IMG/VR virus record: IMGVR_UViG_3300035670_000030
Location: 79,731 to 143,730 of that record
From: a virus
Strand: one strand, 5' to 3'
Length of the DNA: 64,000 bases
Part shown: in pieces, positions 29,624 to 39,356 of the stretch
How positions within the stretch are numbered: position 1 is the stretch's first letter
Layout of the letters: each line of letters opens with the position of its first letter
The notes under the pieces: generated by a model
The model's database searches: none
Told to the model about the DNA's origin: nothing
What the model saw: only the letters and a program-made list of their open reading frames with translations
Translations under genes and position numbers: made by a program

Positions 29624-30748
29624 TTATACAATTAAACCAACAGCTGCGCGAGCGTCAACAGCTACGCGACCTTCTTCTACGAAGCTGTAGAAGCCAACTT
29701 TTTGGCTACGAGCCAAGAATTGGTCGTCAGGAAGAACTCTGACTTGGCCACGGCTTTCGCTTTGGATTGCGACTGGGCGCAAGAAAGCGTTACGTGTAGC
29801 ATCAACACCGATGATTAATTCATCAGTTGCGCTTGTGAATGTTGTTCCACCAGCTTGTCCGTATGTATTGAATTGTGTCGAACCAGCAAAGGTGTCGAAC
29901 AAGTCATTGTATTTACGGCCTTCGCCAAGTTCAAGCAATTCATGAATTGTTACTCCGAAGATTTCATTAGTACCAGCAGCACGATAGATTTCTTCACGAA
30001 CACTGTCAGGAAGAGGTACTGCAGTAGCACCACTTGTAGCAACAGCGCCAGAGCGTGTGTTCATTGGTTGATAAGCAAATGCACGGATTTGTTCTTTGAC
30101 TTCTGGGCTTACGAAGATGTCGGTTAAGCCACGGCTCTGAAGAGCTTGTGGTGTACCGCCAGTGTAAGCAGCGTTGAGTCTACGAACTAAAGTCCAGAGC
30201 TTGTTCATGTCGTCAAGTTGGAAAGTTCCAGCAGTACCAACACGGAAAACGTGTTTAGTGCTATTTGTGGAAGCTTCAGCTAAGAGTTTAAGGATAACAG
30301 CCCAAGCATTACGTTCTTGTTTTACAAGAATTTCATTGGCCATACGTTCCAAACCAGCAGCAACAACGTCGAGACGAGCCCTACGTACATAGCGTTTGTC
30401 CATGGAAATCGCACTATCAAGACGATAGGTATTGATTTTCATTTCTTGCATACCTTGTACGAAATTGGTTGGCAATCCGCCACCAACAGTTTGGCTCCAT
30501 ACGCTGATGTGCCCCTCATTAAGACCGTAGTAAAGATCAAGCGGAATCGAAGGAGAATCATCTTCATCAAATTCTACGTCTCTGTAAATCATAGGAGCAG
30601 TACCAGCTTGTAAGAGAACTTGCTGAACAACTTCACTGATGAAAGCTGCGAAAGCTTCTTGAGCTTCCATTGCTACAGTTTTATTGTCCGAAGCAAGAGC
30701 CTTGATAAGCTCGACTTGCTCTGGGTTTTTATCAAATTGAATTTTCAT
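29624..30748 (-). CDS. Major capsid protein (HK97 fold)
   Basis: 374 aa; follows protease/scaffold and decoration genes; distinct codon bias; strong terminator downstream. Confidence 0.85.
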   Translation of the reverse strand: MKIQFDKNPEQVELIKALASDNKTVAMEAQEAFAAFISEVVQQVLLQAGTAPMIYRDVEFDEDDSPSIPLDLYYGLNEGHISVWSQTVGGGLPTNFVQGMQEMKINTYRLDSAISMDKRYVRRARLDVVAAGLERMANEILVKQERNAWAVILKLLAEASTNSTKHVFRVGTAGTFQLDDMNKLWTLVRRLNAAYTGGTPQALQSRGLTDIFVSPEVKEQIRAFAYQPMNTRSGAVATSGATAVPLPDSVREEIYRAAGTNEIFGVTIHELLELGEGRKYNDLFDTFAGSTQFNTYGQAGGTTFTSATDELIIGVDATRNAFLRPVAIQSESRGQVRVLPDDQFLARSQKVGFYSFVEEGRVAVDARAAVGLIV

Positions 30749-30772
30749 ATTTTTCTTTCTTTATTTATTTTA

Positions 30773-31309
30773 TTAGAGTTCTACCTTTAAGAGGGCATAT
30801 CCTTCGTCATTTTTAGGACCGAGGAATTTGCCAACTGTTGCGCTAGCATAAGGTACAACTTTAAGATCTCCGTTACCAGCGTCGGAAACAGCTGCGCCGC
30901 TACCAACTCCTGGGGTTCCAACGATACCGCTAACAAGAACAAGCCCTTTTGTAAGAATTGGGCATGCTTGACCACTGATGATGACATCCATCTCAGCTGC
31001 CTTGCGTGGGTTGTAAATTAATTGTTCGCCGTTCTCATCTACTTTACGAACATCTTTAAGCAATAATCCAACGATTTGGCCTTTAGCGGCACCAGAAGGA
31101 GCGGCGCTAACAGTCCAAGGAACATTGAATTGTGCGGAAAGAGTGTTTCCGTATTGAGAAAGGTTGTCTAAACTAAGATTAGATTTGAGATCAACACCGT
31201 TTCCGTCTGCGACAACAACAGTTCCCTTATTTAAGGATTCTGCGTTAACAGCAAAAAGATTTACGACATCATGCTCATCATAATCTCTGAATGGTTTTAA
31301 ATTTGCCAT
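30773..31309 (-). CDS. Capsid decoration/cement protein
   Basis: 178 aa, Gly/Ala/Val-rich, between scaffold and capsid genes. Confidence 0.7.
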   Translation of the reverse strand: MANLKPFRDYDEHDVVNLFAVNAESLNKGTVVVADGNGVDLKSNLSLDNLSQYGNTLSAQFNVPWTVSAAPSGAAKGQIVGLLLKDVRKVDENGEQLIYNPRKAAEMDVIISGQACPILTKGLVLVSGIVGTPGVGSGAAVSDAGNGDLKVVPYASATVGKFLGPKNDEGYALLKVEL

Positions 31310-31328
31310 AATTTTATTTTCTTTCTAT

Positions 31329-31991
31329 TTATTTAATTTTTACGCTGTTTTTATTGAAAGCAGCACTGATTTTTTCAACCAATGATACCTCTTGAGGAGA
31401 GGAAGCGTTCGGAAGGACTTCTTCCTTTACCTCTGCACTCGAAATTACTTCTTCTACAGTTTTTTCTTCGCTAGCTACGACTTCAGAAGGTTCAGAAGCT
31501 TTTTCTTCTTTCATTTCTTCTTTTTTCATTTCAGCTTCTTTCTTCATCATTTCAGCTTTAGCCATTTTTTTCTTAGCTGCGGCAAATGTAGAAAACTTTT
31601 TATACCATTTTTCGAATTGTTCATCATTCTCGATGGCATTTAAATCTTCTGCGATGATACTACGATCTTCATCAGTAAGATCAAATTCTTCATCAAGCAA
31701 GGCCATACGGCGTTGGAAATTGGCTTCAATTTCTTTGGCTTTAAGATCTTCTTGAATTTTCGTGAATTCTTCTTTTACTTTTTCACTATCGGCTTTGATT
31801 GATTCAAGGCTGGTTTTTAATTCAGCGATTTGATCTTCAGCAGCTTTAAGTGCGGTTTCTTTTTCTTCAACTTTTGATTGCCATTCTTTAGCTAGATCTG
31901 CGATACGGTTCGAAATAAAATCACGAACTTCACTTGCAGCAACTTCCTTAATGGAATCATCCGTAATATCATCAATATTTTTTAGTTGCAT
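31329..31991 (-). CDS. Probable nested in-frame scaffold protein (internal start MQLKNIDD)
   Basis: In-frame ATG at 31991 preceded by the TGTAA motif (32000-32004); the coiled-coil region begins here. Confidence 0.5.
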   Translation of the reverse strand: MQLKNIDDITDDSIKEVAASEVRDFISNRIADLAKEWQSKVEEKETALKAAEDQIAELKTSLESIKADSEKVKEEFTKIQEDLKAKEIEANFQRRMALLDEEFDLTDEDRSIIAEDLNAIENDEQFEKWYKKFSTFAAAKKKMAKAEMMKKEAEMKKEEMKEEKASEPSEVVASEEKTVEEVISSAEVKEEVLPNASSPQEVSLVEKISAAFNKNSVKIK

Positions 31992-33203
31992 AATATTTTT
32001 TACATTTTTATTTTCTTCTTGGACACTTTTTTTATTCATTTTAATTTCAGAAGATTCTACCTCACTATATTTTTTATAATTTGATGAAGAGCATTGTGGA
32101 CAAATTTCAGCATACATACCTTTATAACCACAACCAGTACAAACATATTGATTATCTTTCATTTCGTCAGATTTTTTTTCATATTTGTCTGCATCTTCGT
32201 TCTCAACAATAGATAAAGTTTCTTCGGCGGCTGTTGACTCTTGATTTTCTTTTGGTTTATCATAAGAAATAACAACACCACTAACTTCAGCAGCTGGGGT
32301 ATTAGTAAAACCAATTCCTAGTGGAAGAACATTTCCCTGAAGATTTAAAAGAACTAATTCTCCATCTTCTGTAAACCCATTGCCTCCAAAAACTTTAAGA
32401 CGATCTTTTAATTCTATAATTTCTTCTTCTTTTTCTATAATAGTTGCTTCAGCTAAATTTTTGCTTCCTTTCGCAACATTAAATTCATTAAACCCAAGTT
32501 CCCAACTTGCACTAACTGACAAGTATCTATCAGAAGACGGATCACTGCTAGTAACCAATTCAGCTGCAAATTCTGGATTTACAATTTTCCATACGTAACC
32601 AGAAAGAACAACATTAAATGGGCCTTTCATTCCCTTTACTTCTTCTAAAGTCAAAGGTTTACTACTACCAAACTCACTAAATCCATAACCAGTACAAACA
32701 CCAACAACCACTTTACGATTATGTTCAATATTAAATGGTTTATTAATAAAATTCTCAACCATTGCTAAAGCAACATCTGTGCTGATTATATGTCCATTTT
32801 TATTTCCACGATTAACAACGAAAGCATCAAAAGCAACTCCCATTAAATCACGATTAACATCAAGATCAACATTTTGTGGAAGATATTGTTTTAACTGGTC
32901 AATTGAAGCTACTGCTAAATATTTATCATCATCAAAAGGAACCATCGCTTGAACGATAATTCCATCAAATTTAATTGAGTATTTAAAATCTTTCATTGTA
33001 TCCATTTGTAAATTTACACTTTCTTCTTTTAATAGGGCAACATTTTTGAGTTTACTACCTACAATAATTTTATCTTGATTTGTTTTTGTTAATTCTAACG
33101 CGCACAATGATATTGGACGGGTAAATGAAATTGATAAATCTGATAAATCAAATCCTGTTTTTGGATCGATATTATTAATAACAGCTTCTTCGTATGTAGG
33201 CAT
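31329..33203 (-). CDS. Prohead protease fused to a C-terminal scaffold coiled coil
   Basis: KPFNIEH (His) and SVSASWEL (Ser) protease-like motifs; CxxC...CxxC insert; E/K-rich coiled-coil C-terminus. Confidence 0.75.
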   Translation of the reverse strand: MPTYEEAVINNIDPKTGFDLSDLSISFTRPISLCALELTKTNQDKIIVGSKLKNVALLKEESVNLQMDTMKDFKYSIKFDGIIVQAMVPFDDDKYLAVASIDQLKQYLPQNVDLDVNRDLMGVAFDAFVVNRGNKNGHIISTDVALAMVENFINKPFNIEHNRKVVVGVCTGYGFSEFGSSKPLTLEEVKGMKGPFNVVLSGYVWKIVNPEFAAELVTSSDPSSDRYLSVSASWELGFNEFNVAKGSKNLAEATIIEKEEEIIELKDRLKVFGGNGFTEDGELVLLNLQGNVLPLGIGFTNTPAAEVSGVVISYDKPKENQESTAAEETLSIVENEDADKYEKKSDEMKDNQYVCTGCGYKGMYAEICPQCSSSNYKKYSEVESSEIKMNKKSVQEENKNVKNIMQLKNIDDITDDSIKEVAASEVRDFISNRIADLAKEWQSKVEEKETALKAAEDQIAELKTSLESIKADSEKVKEEFTKIQEDLKAKEIEANFQRRMALLDEEFDLTDEDRSIIAEDLNAIENDEQFEKWYKKFSTFAAAKKKMAKAEMMKKEAEMKKEEMKEEKASEPSEVVASEEKTVEEVISSAEVKEEVLPNASSPQEVSLVEKISAAFNKNSVKIK

Positions 33204-33246
33204 TTTATTATTATAGATTACTTACACTTATTTTTATAATTTATTA

Positions 33247-33945
33247 TTATAATCTTGCAAATTGCCAATGTTGATAATCCATATTTCTATAACGACCTAA
33301 ACTAATCCCGCCCTCTTCTTCGACAAATTTCCAATAGTTATTATAATCTGGATGGGCCATTTTTGCACGATCTTTTCCCCATTTTAATTGATTTCGATCA
33401 GGATCGATATCTACAGCACATCCCCAGGAATGAGTGCTAAAAGCATTGCCGCCACGCATTTTTCTAACATTCAAAATACCACCAAATAAATTTAAACCGA
33501 GCCTATCAATTTCTTTTTCTCCATATGTTTTTAATACTTTTTCAAAAACATTATAAAAACTTTTTGCGCATTTTTCATGACATGTAAATTTTTTAATAGT
33601 TATATTTTTAGCCCAAGCAAGTTTCATGGGATATGGTATTTCTAAACTAGTTTGATTTTCTCCAACTGGGCCATAAAAATTAACCATACTATTATAGTCT
33701 TGTTTTGGCCAGCGTTGAGAAATCGGTGTATTTTCACTAACAGTAGTAATAAATTTCCAAGTTTTTGGACCAACAATTCCATCAGGTTTAAGACCATTTT
33801 TAGTTTGAAATTTTAAAGTTTCTCTTTCTGTCATTGGGCCGAATGCTCCATCAACATATGGTATTTTATAACCAGCGCTTTGTAAAAACAACTGCCATTG
33901 TTTTACATCTTGTCCAAAATCACCTTTTTTTAAAACTTTATTCAT
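33247..33945 (-). CDS. Endolysin: peptidoglycan-binding domain plus M15-type peptidase
   Basis: LKKGDFGQDVKQWQ...DGAFGP..T...FQ...GL.PDGIVGPKTW; R..RGG..STHSWGCAVD...QHWQ zinc-peptidase motif. Confidence 0.9.
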   Translation of the reverse strand: MNKVLKKGDFGQDVKQWQLFLQSAGYKIPYVDGAFGPMTERETLKFQTKNGLKPDGIVGPKTWKFITTVSENTPISQRWPKQDYNSMVNFYGPVGENQTSLEIPYPMKLAWAKNITIKKFTCHEKCAKSFYNVFEKVLKTYGEKEIDRLGLNLFGGILNVRKMRGGNAFSTHSWGCAVDIDPDRNQLKWGKDRAKMAHPDYNNYWKFVEEEGGISLGRYRNMDYQHWQFARL

Positions 33946-34408
33946 ATTTCATTACCCATTCAAGTGGGGCATAAGATGGATCATTTTTATATTTTTCAGC
34001 ATATACAATCGTTTCTTCATATATAATATTTTCTTCTCTTTGTTCTGATGTTAAAGTAGAATTTAAATTTGTATTAGAAGAGCTACCATATTTAAGATCA
34101 ATAGCCGCTTGTACACCAATATAAGAGGCAACAATAATTGCTACAATTTCAATTGTCTTTGTAAAAATAGTAACATAACCAGAAATCAATTCATTTTTAC
34201 TTGGTAATAAAAATAATATTGCTACTGACAATAAATAAAAAAATAGCAAACCAATAAAAGAAGAAAATGCTAGAAAAAATTTTTTTGATTTAAAGTGGTT
34301 TTCTTTTCTTAATGAATTTTGTAGCTCAATTGGCGTTCCAGGTGGTACGCGATTAGAACTTAAAAAAGAAGCGGCACTGCTTACAATATTTTTTAAATTA
34401 GTCCACAT
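33938..34408 (-). CDS. Putative holin
   Basis: Two hydrophobic segments; overlaps the endolysin start. Confidence 0.65.
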   Translation of the reverse strand: MWTNLKNIVSSAASFLSSNRVPPGTPIELQNSLRKENHFKSKKFFLAFSSFIGLLFFYLLSVAILFLLPSKNELISGYVTIFTKTIEIVAIIVASYIGVQAAIDLKYGSSSNTNLNSTLTSEQREENIIYEETIVYAEKYKNDPSYAPLEWVMKYE

Positions 34409-34409
34409 A

Positions 34410-34925
34410 TTATAAAAAGATCCAAACTAATGATGCAAATAATCCAGCCCCACCAATTGGAGCTAATAAATTATAAGGCGGTGGCACAAAACCCATAATT
34501 TGTAAACCTAGTAATACCCCACCAGCAGCTGCAATAATTGCAGCAATCCATTTTAAACGATGATAACGTTTAATTGCATTAGTATATTTTTCAAGCCATT
34601 TTTGAGCTTCTGCTTGTTGTACTATACCCCACTCTTTTAGAGTCTCAATATCTTTTTTAAGTTTATCTATTTGAGTGAAACTGTCTTTCAAATTCATGTT
34701 TGCTTTGCTCAAATTATCTTTAAGTTTCACATTTTCAGATTTAGCAATTTTTAATTCTGATTGTAACTCTTTAACAATTTGTTTTGCATCTTGTATTGGG
34801 GCTTTTGGTGTTACAACTACAGCTGGCGTTGTATCTACTTTTGATTTTGATTTAAACCAGTTAAATTGACTATACCCAGTATTTATAAAAATTAATAATA
34901 AAATAAATGGAATAAATTTTTTCAT
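34410..34925 (-). CDS. Putative spanin-like membrane protein (signal sequence, coiled coil, C-terminal TM)
   Basis: N-terminal hydrophobic helix, coiled coil and C-terminal hydrophobic stretch; in the lysis cassette. Confidence 0.55.
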   Translation of the reverse strand: MKKFIPFILLLIFINTGYSQFNWFKSKSKVDTTPAVVVTPKAPIQDAKQIVKELQSELKIAKSENVKLKDNLSKANMNLKDSFTQIDKLKKDIETLKEWGIVQQAEAQKWLEKYTNAIKRYHRLKWIAAIIAAAGGVLLGLQIMGFVPPPYNLLAPIGGAGLFASLVWIFL

Positions 34926-35197
34926 ATAATTGGTTCTTTAATTAATTTAGAATTAGATTCTTCTTCTATTTGTTCAAGAAGCCTCTCTAATCTATCTGCT
35001 AATGTTAAAGCTTTCTCAACTTTTTCTCCAACAATAGTATTTGATTCTCCAGCTTTATCTAATTCACTTTTTGTTTTTTCAAGTGACTGAATAACTTCTT
35101 CGGTATTTGCAATTGGTGGTCCAGATTTTTTATGCGCTGGATCTAAGCATACACATCCAGTAAAAAATAGAATAAATATTAACGATAAATACTTCAT
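34922..35197 (-). CDS. Lipoprotein, putative outer spanin
   Basis: MKYLSLIFILFFTG-C lipobox; coiled coil; start re-called at 35197. Confidence 0.6.
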   Translation of the reverse strand: MKYLSLIFILFFTGCVCLDPAHKKSGPPIANTEEVIQSLEKTKSELDKAGESNTIVGEKVEKALTLADRLERLLEQIEEESNSKLIKEPII

Positions 35198-35230
35198 ATT
35201 ATATATGTACACACAAAATAAATTATAAAA

Positions 35231-37447
35231 TTAATTTATCCACAATTGAGAAGGATAAGATTTTGTTTTTATTGCGCCTTGGGCGCTTGCGCAACTATTA
35301 ACACAAAGTATTACATAATATGTATGTAAGCCCTGTCCAATTCCACATTGTGCAAACGTTAAGCCTGGAATAATTTGTCTTTCGCCTCCGCCAGCTAATA
35401 ATGCTTTATAATAAGGTTTGCCAATATTAGCTAAACTTCCACACCTACTTGGATCAGCTAAATAAGAACCTTCAATTGCTGCACCACATAAAGAAGTTGG
35501 GTAAATCATATAACTACTTGGTGTATAGTTACAGTCGAAATTCGCAGGCACAATGTCACTACTATTAAAAGATAAATCTGGAACTCCAATACAAACCGTC
35601 CCACCGCCGTCGTTTATTAAAGTAGCAGTCCCACCACATTCAGGACATATAGCTAAGGTAGATTGAGTTAATGTTGGTGAACTCCGACTAGGGCTACTAG
35701 TAACATTTGCGGATCTTACGCGTATATAATAAGTAGTGTTGGCAGATAACCCAGTTACAATTTCACTATTTGTATAGATAGCTTTATCATTATAGCCAAC
35801 TACAAAATTTGTAAAGCTAGAATTCGTAGCAATATCAAGACGATATTGATTCGCATTTGGGACAACATTCCAACTTAATGTAAATCCATTAGAAGTGACA
35901 TTAGAACTTGTTGGCTGATTAGGCATTGCAGTCGCAGTCACTCTACCAATATATTGTGAATTATTACTTATACCATCTTCATTCGCCGCACGAACTCTTA
36001 TCCAGTATGTTGTAAAAGCTGATAAATTATTTACAATTTGACTTGTTCCATTTACTGTAAGATTATTATAACCAATCACATAATTTGTAAAATTATTATC
36101 CGTAGCTACATCAAGACGATAATTTATTGCTGTTGGAACGCTATTCCAATTTGCCGTAAAACTTATATCATTTACATTAGTTGTTGTGGGTTGACTTGGG
36201 GCAGCTGGAATTGCAATACTTTTTCGACTAATCGCTATATCCATCCAATCTCTTAATGAATCTCTTTGTGACCAAGTGTTTCCATAATCATTAGATCCGT
36301 ATAATTCTGATACACCATTAGCGATTTGGTATTTTCCATCTCCATTCATAGCTATATTGTACCATTTTTTTGGAAAATCTAATATTGGACCTTTTGGAGC
36401 CCAAGAGTTTTGGAGACCATAATTATTTGAAACCCATATTCTTCCATTATCTGCTACATCAACAATACTTTGATATTTACCATCATTACTTACGGATACA
36501 TCATGCATAGCTGAATTTGGTGAAATTGATAAAATATTAAAAGAAATACCTGAATTATTAGAAATAACAACTCCTCCTTCGGTAAAGAAAGCGGATAAAG
36601 TTATGTATTTACCATCCGCGCTCATACCAACACTAGTATATGTGCCAGGTCCGATATTCGCGCCAGACCATGTTTCCCCATAATCTTTTGAAATATATAA
36701 TCCGGAAAATAACCCTTCAGAACCTGGGCCTCCAACATATGTATTTGTAACCTGAAATTTACCATCAGAAGAAACACAAAGATTTACTAAATTACCATTA
36801 TTTGGTACTGAAAATTTTGGATTCCATGTTTCTCCATAATCATTAGAAACATAAATATTATTAGGAAGAAGATCTTCATATGTAAAATTATTCCTAGATA
36901 CTATGGCTGTTTGGTATTTACCATTACTACTCATCGCTACACGATACCATGCTCTCGGAGTGCTTATTTTTTCAATAAAATTTTGACCAGAATTGTTAGA
37001 TACAAATATACCACCACTATTAACAACAGCCGTTTGATATTTAGCATCATGACTAATAGCTACCCCACGCCACCCTGATACTTCTCCAGTCGCTACCCAT
37101 GTCTGTCCATAATCTTTTGATAAATAAATTCTACTTTCAGCTTGTTTACTTGCTGCTATTTGGTATTTTCCATCATTCAATATATAATCATCATCTAATG
37201 GTCTCTCACCCCATGTGTAATTATAATTTGTATTAGAAACTATATTTGTACTTGAATTTGGCTCCCAATTAGCAATTACATTTCCACTTGTGTAAATAAC
37301 TTTAAAATTTGATAAAGTTTTGCCAAAAGGATTATCAAAAAATTGCCAAAAATCCCCCCCAGGGAAAGGCCAAAGTAAGGTATTCCCCAAATATAAGCGG
37401 CTAACAATTCCAGTACCTAGATAAAAATTATCAGCTTCTTGCAACAT
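35231..37447 (-). CDS. Fibre/receptor-binding protein: adaptor domain, BNR/Asp-box propeller, two FN3 domains, Cys-rich tip
   Basis: Repeated S.DYG.TW Asp-boxes; two W..V..A..YRLD.AT...Y.IRVR.AN FN3 motifs. Confidence 0.75.
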   Translation of the reverse strand: MLQEADNFYLGTGIVSRLYLGNTLLWPFPGGDFWQFFDNPFGKTLSNFKVIYTSGNVIANWEPNSSTNIVSNTNYNYTWGERPLDDDYILNDGKYQIAASKQAESRIYLSKDYGQTWVATGEVSGWRGVAISHDAKYQTAVVNSGGIFVSNNSGQNFIEKISTPRAWYRVAMSSNGKYQTAIVSRNNFTYEDLLPNNIYVSNDYGETWNPKFSVPNNGNLVNLCVSSDGKFQVTNTYVGGPGSEGLFSGLYISKDYGETWSGANIGPGTYTSVGMSADGKYITLSAFFTEGGVVISNNSGISFNILSISPNSAMHDVSVSNDGKYQSIVDVADNGRIWVSNNYGLQNSWAPKGPILDFPKKWYNIAMNGDGKYQIANGVSELYGSNDYGNTWSQRDSLRDWMDIAISRKSIAIPAAPSQPTTTNVNDISFTANWNSVPTAINYRLDVATDNNFTNYVIGYNNLTVNGTSQIVNNLSAFTTYWIRVRAANEDGISNNSQYIGRVTATAMPNQPTSSNVTSNGFTLSWNVVPNANQYRLDIATNSSFTNFVVGYNDKAIYTNSEIVTGLSANTTYYIRVRSANVTSSPSRSSPTLTQSTLAICPECGGTATLINDGGGTVCIGVPDLSFNSSDIVPANFDCNYTPSSYMIYPTSLCGAAIEGSYLADPSRCGSLANIGKPYYKALLAGGGERQIIPGLTFAQCGIGQGLHTYYVILCVNSCASAQGAIKTKSYPSQLWIN

Positions 37448-37448
37448 A

Positions 37449-39353
37449 TCAATCGACTATTACATAAAAAGTAGCTGGATCTTTTACTGATAGCGCATTA
37501 TATTCAGCCTGTGTTAGCTTAATCATATTATTAATAGTACCGTTACTTCTAACTGCTTCACCGCTTAAAAGAACGCCAGTACCCTGAACATTTGGCCTAT
37601 TTTCAAAAGAAACGGTTCCGAGTAGCGATACAAGCACGTTTGATGGTCCGAACTGGCTAAAATATACTATTGGTTGATTATTACTAGCCTTTATCACCAA
37701 AGAATCTGTACCATCCTGGTTATCTTCTGAAGTAAAATATGGAACTGTATTAATCTCAAGCGATGGTATTATCTGAATTCTTTCAAATGATTTAATACCA
37801 CTAATATTTTGATCACCAGTCGTATAAACTACATTATTTAAAGATACATCCGCAGCTTCTCCCTGTAATAAAACACCAGTCCCATTAACAGTTGGACGAG
37901 AAATAAAATTTTTAGTACCACTAATAGTTTGTTCTCCAGTATTATATACTAAATTATTACCATAAAATTCTTCTGCAATAATATTACCTTCACTTTCAAC
38001 ATTACTTTGAGTGGTTAAAGATGCTTTTGATATATATATACCGAAATCGTTAACTCCTATGCATTGAACTCTACCATCACTAGACATGCCAACGCTATAT
38101 GAAAGGCCTGCTGCTGGTAATGGTGAATTAATAATCGTGTCACCATAATTGTTGGAAGTATAAAGGCTAGAAAGGGCAGCAAATAATAAAATTTTACCAT
38201 TAGATGAGTTTGCCATATCAAATGCGGAAGTAGTATTATTTATTATTTGCCAATTTTGCCCATAATCGATAGATTTGGCAAATATACCTCCCACGGTTGT
38301 TACAGCTACTTGAATTCTACCATCATTAGACATTTTAATGGATCGCCAAGCTCTACTCGTGTCTTTATTAGTCCAAAAATTACCGTAATCATATGAAACA
38401 GCAAGTGACTGACTATCTCTACAAGCAGCTTGAATCCTTCCATCGCTAGACATGCTGATACCATTCCATTTAATAGATCCAATAGAGTCGAATGTTTTTT
38501 GAACCCATGTGTTTCCATAATCTGTGGATACATAAATATTGCCATTATATTGAACGGCGGTTTGAATTCTGCCATCACTAGACATAGATACGTAGGGAGC
38601 CCCAACTGAGAACGTGTTAAGACGATTTACCCATGTATTTCCATAATCTGTCGATACAAAAAGTCTACTTTCCGTAGGACTACTTAATACAGCTCCAATT
38701 GTTATAAATTTTCCATCAACTGACATTGCTATTGATAAAATATTTGGAGATCTAGTAGAACTTAAGCCTAGTTCGAATTTTGTAGACCATGTTTTCCCAT
38801 AGTCTTCAGATATATTTATAATTGAGTTTTTAGAGATGCTGTTTTGAGTATATTGAATTGAAGTCGCTATAAGATTACCTTTGCTAGATATTGCTATGGC
38901 ATTATATATTTTATTTGTACCAGATGTATTTGCTGCAGGTAATGCTAGTTCCCATCCCGTTCCAATTGTTGATGTTTTTAAATCCCACGGATTTTCTTCA
39001 ATTCGAGTTCTTCCTAAATATAAGCTATTATTATTTTGGCCTATTAAAATATTTCCAGCTGAAAATGAGCCACCACCTGAAGGCTCATTCGTTATATTTT
39101 TAATCCCACTAATTAATTGATTTCCAGTTGTATAAACAACATTACTTGGAGCAACAGAATTAAATTCAACCCATTGATTACCAGTATTATAATAATAATG
39201 TTTATTTTCTCCAGTTACATATACAATTATTCCAGCATAAGCTTTATTACTTGTGACTAATGCATTTCGTTCAGTTTGATTAGAAACGACAATTCTTGAA
39301 TCTAATGGTACTGATGATGCTAAATCAAAATTTGTAGATACTTGTATTCCCAT
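37449..39353 (-). CDS. Fibre protein with a BNR/Asp-box propeller and VYTTG.Q.ISG.K repeats
   Basis: S.DYG.TW repeats; three fibre-shaft repeats; C-terminal LTQAEYNAL..KDP.TFYVI. Confidence 0.75.
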   Translation of the reverse strand: MGIQVSTNFDLASSVPLDSRIVVSNQTERNALVTSNKAYAGIIVYVTGENKHYYYNTGNQWVEFNSVAPSNVVYTTGNQLISGIKNITNEPSGGGSFSAGNILIGQNNNSLYLGRTRIEENPWDLKTSTIGTGWELALPAANTSGTNKIYNAIAISSKGNLIATSIQYTQNSISKNSIINISEDYGKTWSTKFELGLSSTRSPNILSIAMSVDGKFITIGAVLSSPTESRLFVSTDYGNTWVNRLNTFSVGAPYVSMSSDGRIQTAVQYNGNIYVSTDYGNTWVQKTFDSIGSIKWNGISMSSDGRIQAACRDSQSLAVSYDYGNFWTNKDTSRAWRSIKMSNDGRIQVAVTTVGGIFAKSIDYGQNWQIINNTTSAFDMANSSNGKILLFAALSSLYTSNNYGDTIINSPLPAAGLSYSVGMSSDGRVQCIGVNDFGIYISKASLTTQSNVESEGNIIAEEFYGNNLVYNTGEQTISGTKNFISRPTVNGTGVLLQGEAADVSLNNVVYTTGDQNISGIKSFERIQIIPSLEINTVPYFTSEDNQDGTDSLVIKASNNQPIVYFSQFGPSNVLVSLLGTVSFENRPNVQGTGVLLSGEAVRSNGTINNMIKLTQAEYNALSVKDPATFYVIVD

Positions 39354-39356
39354 AAA

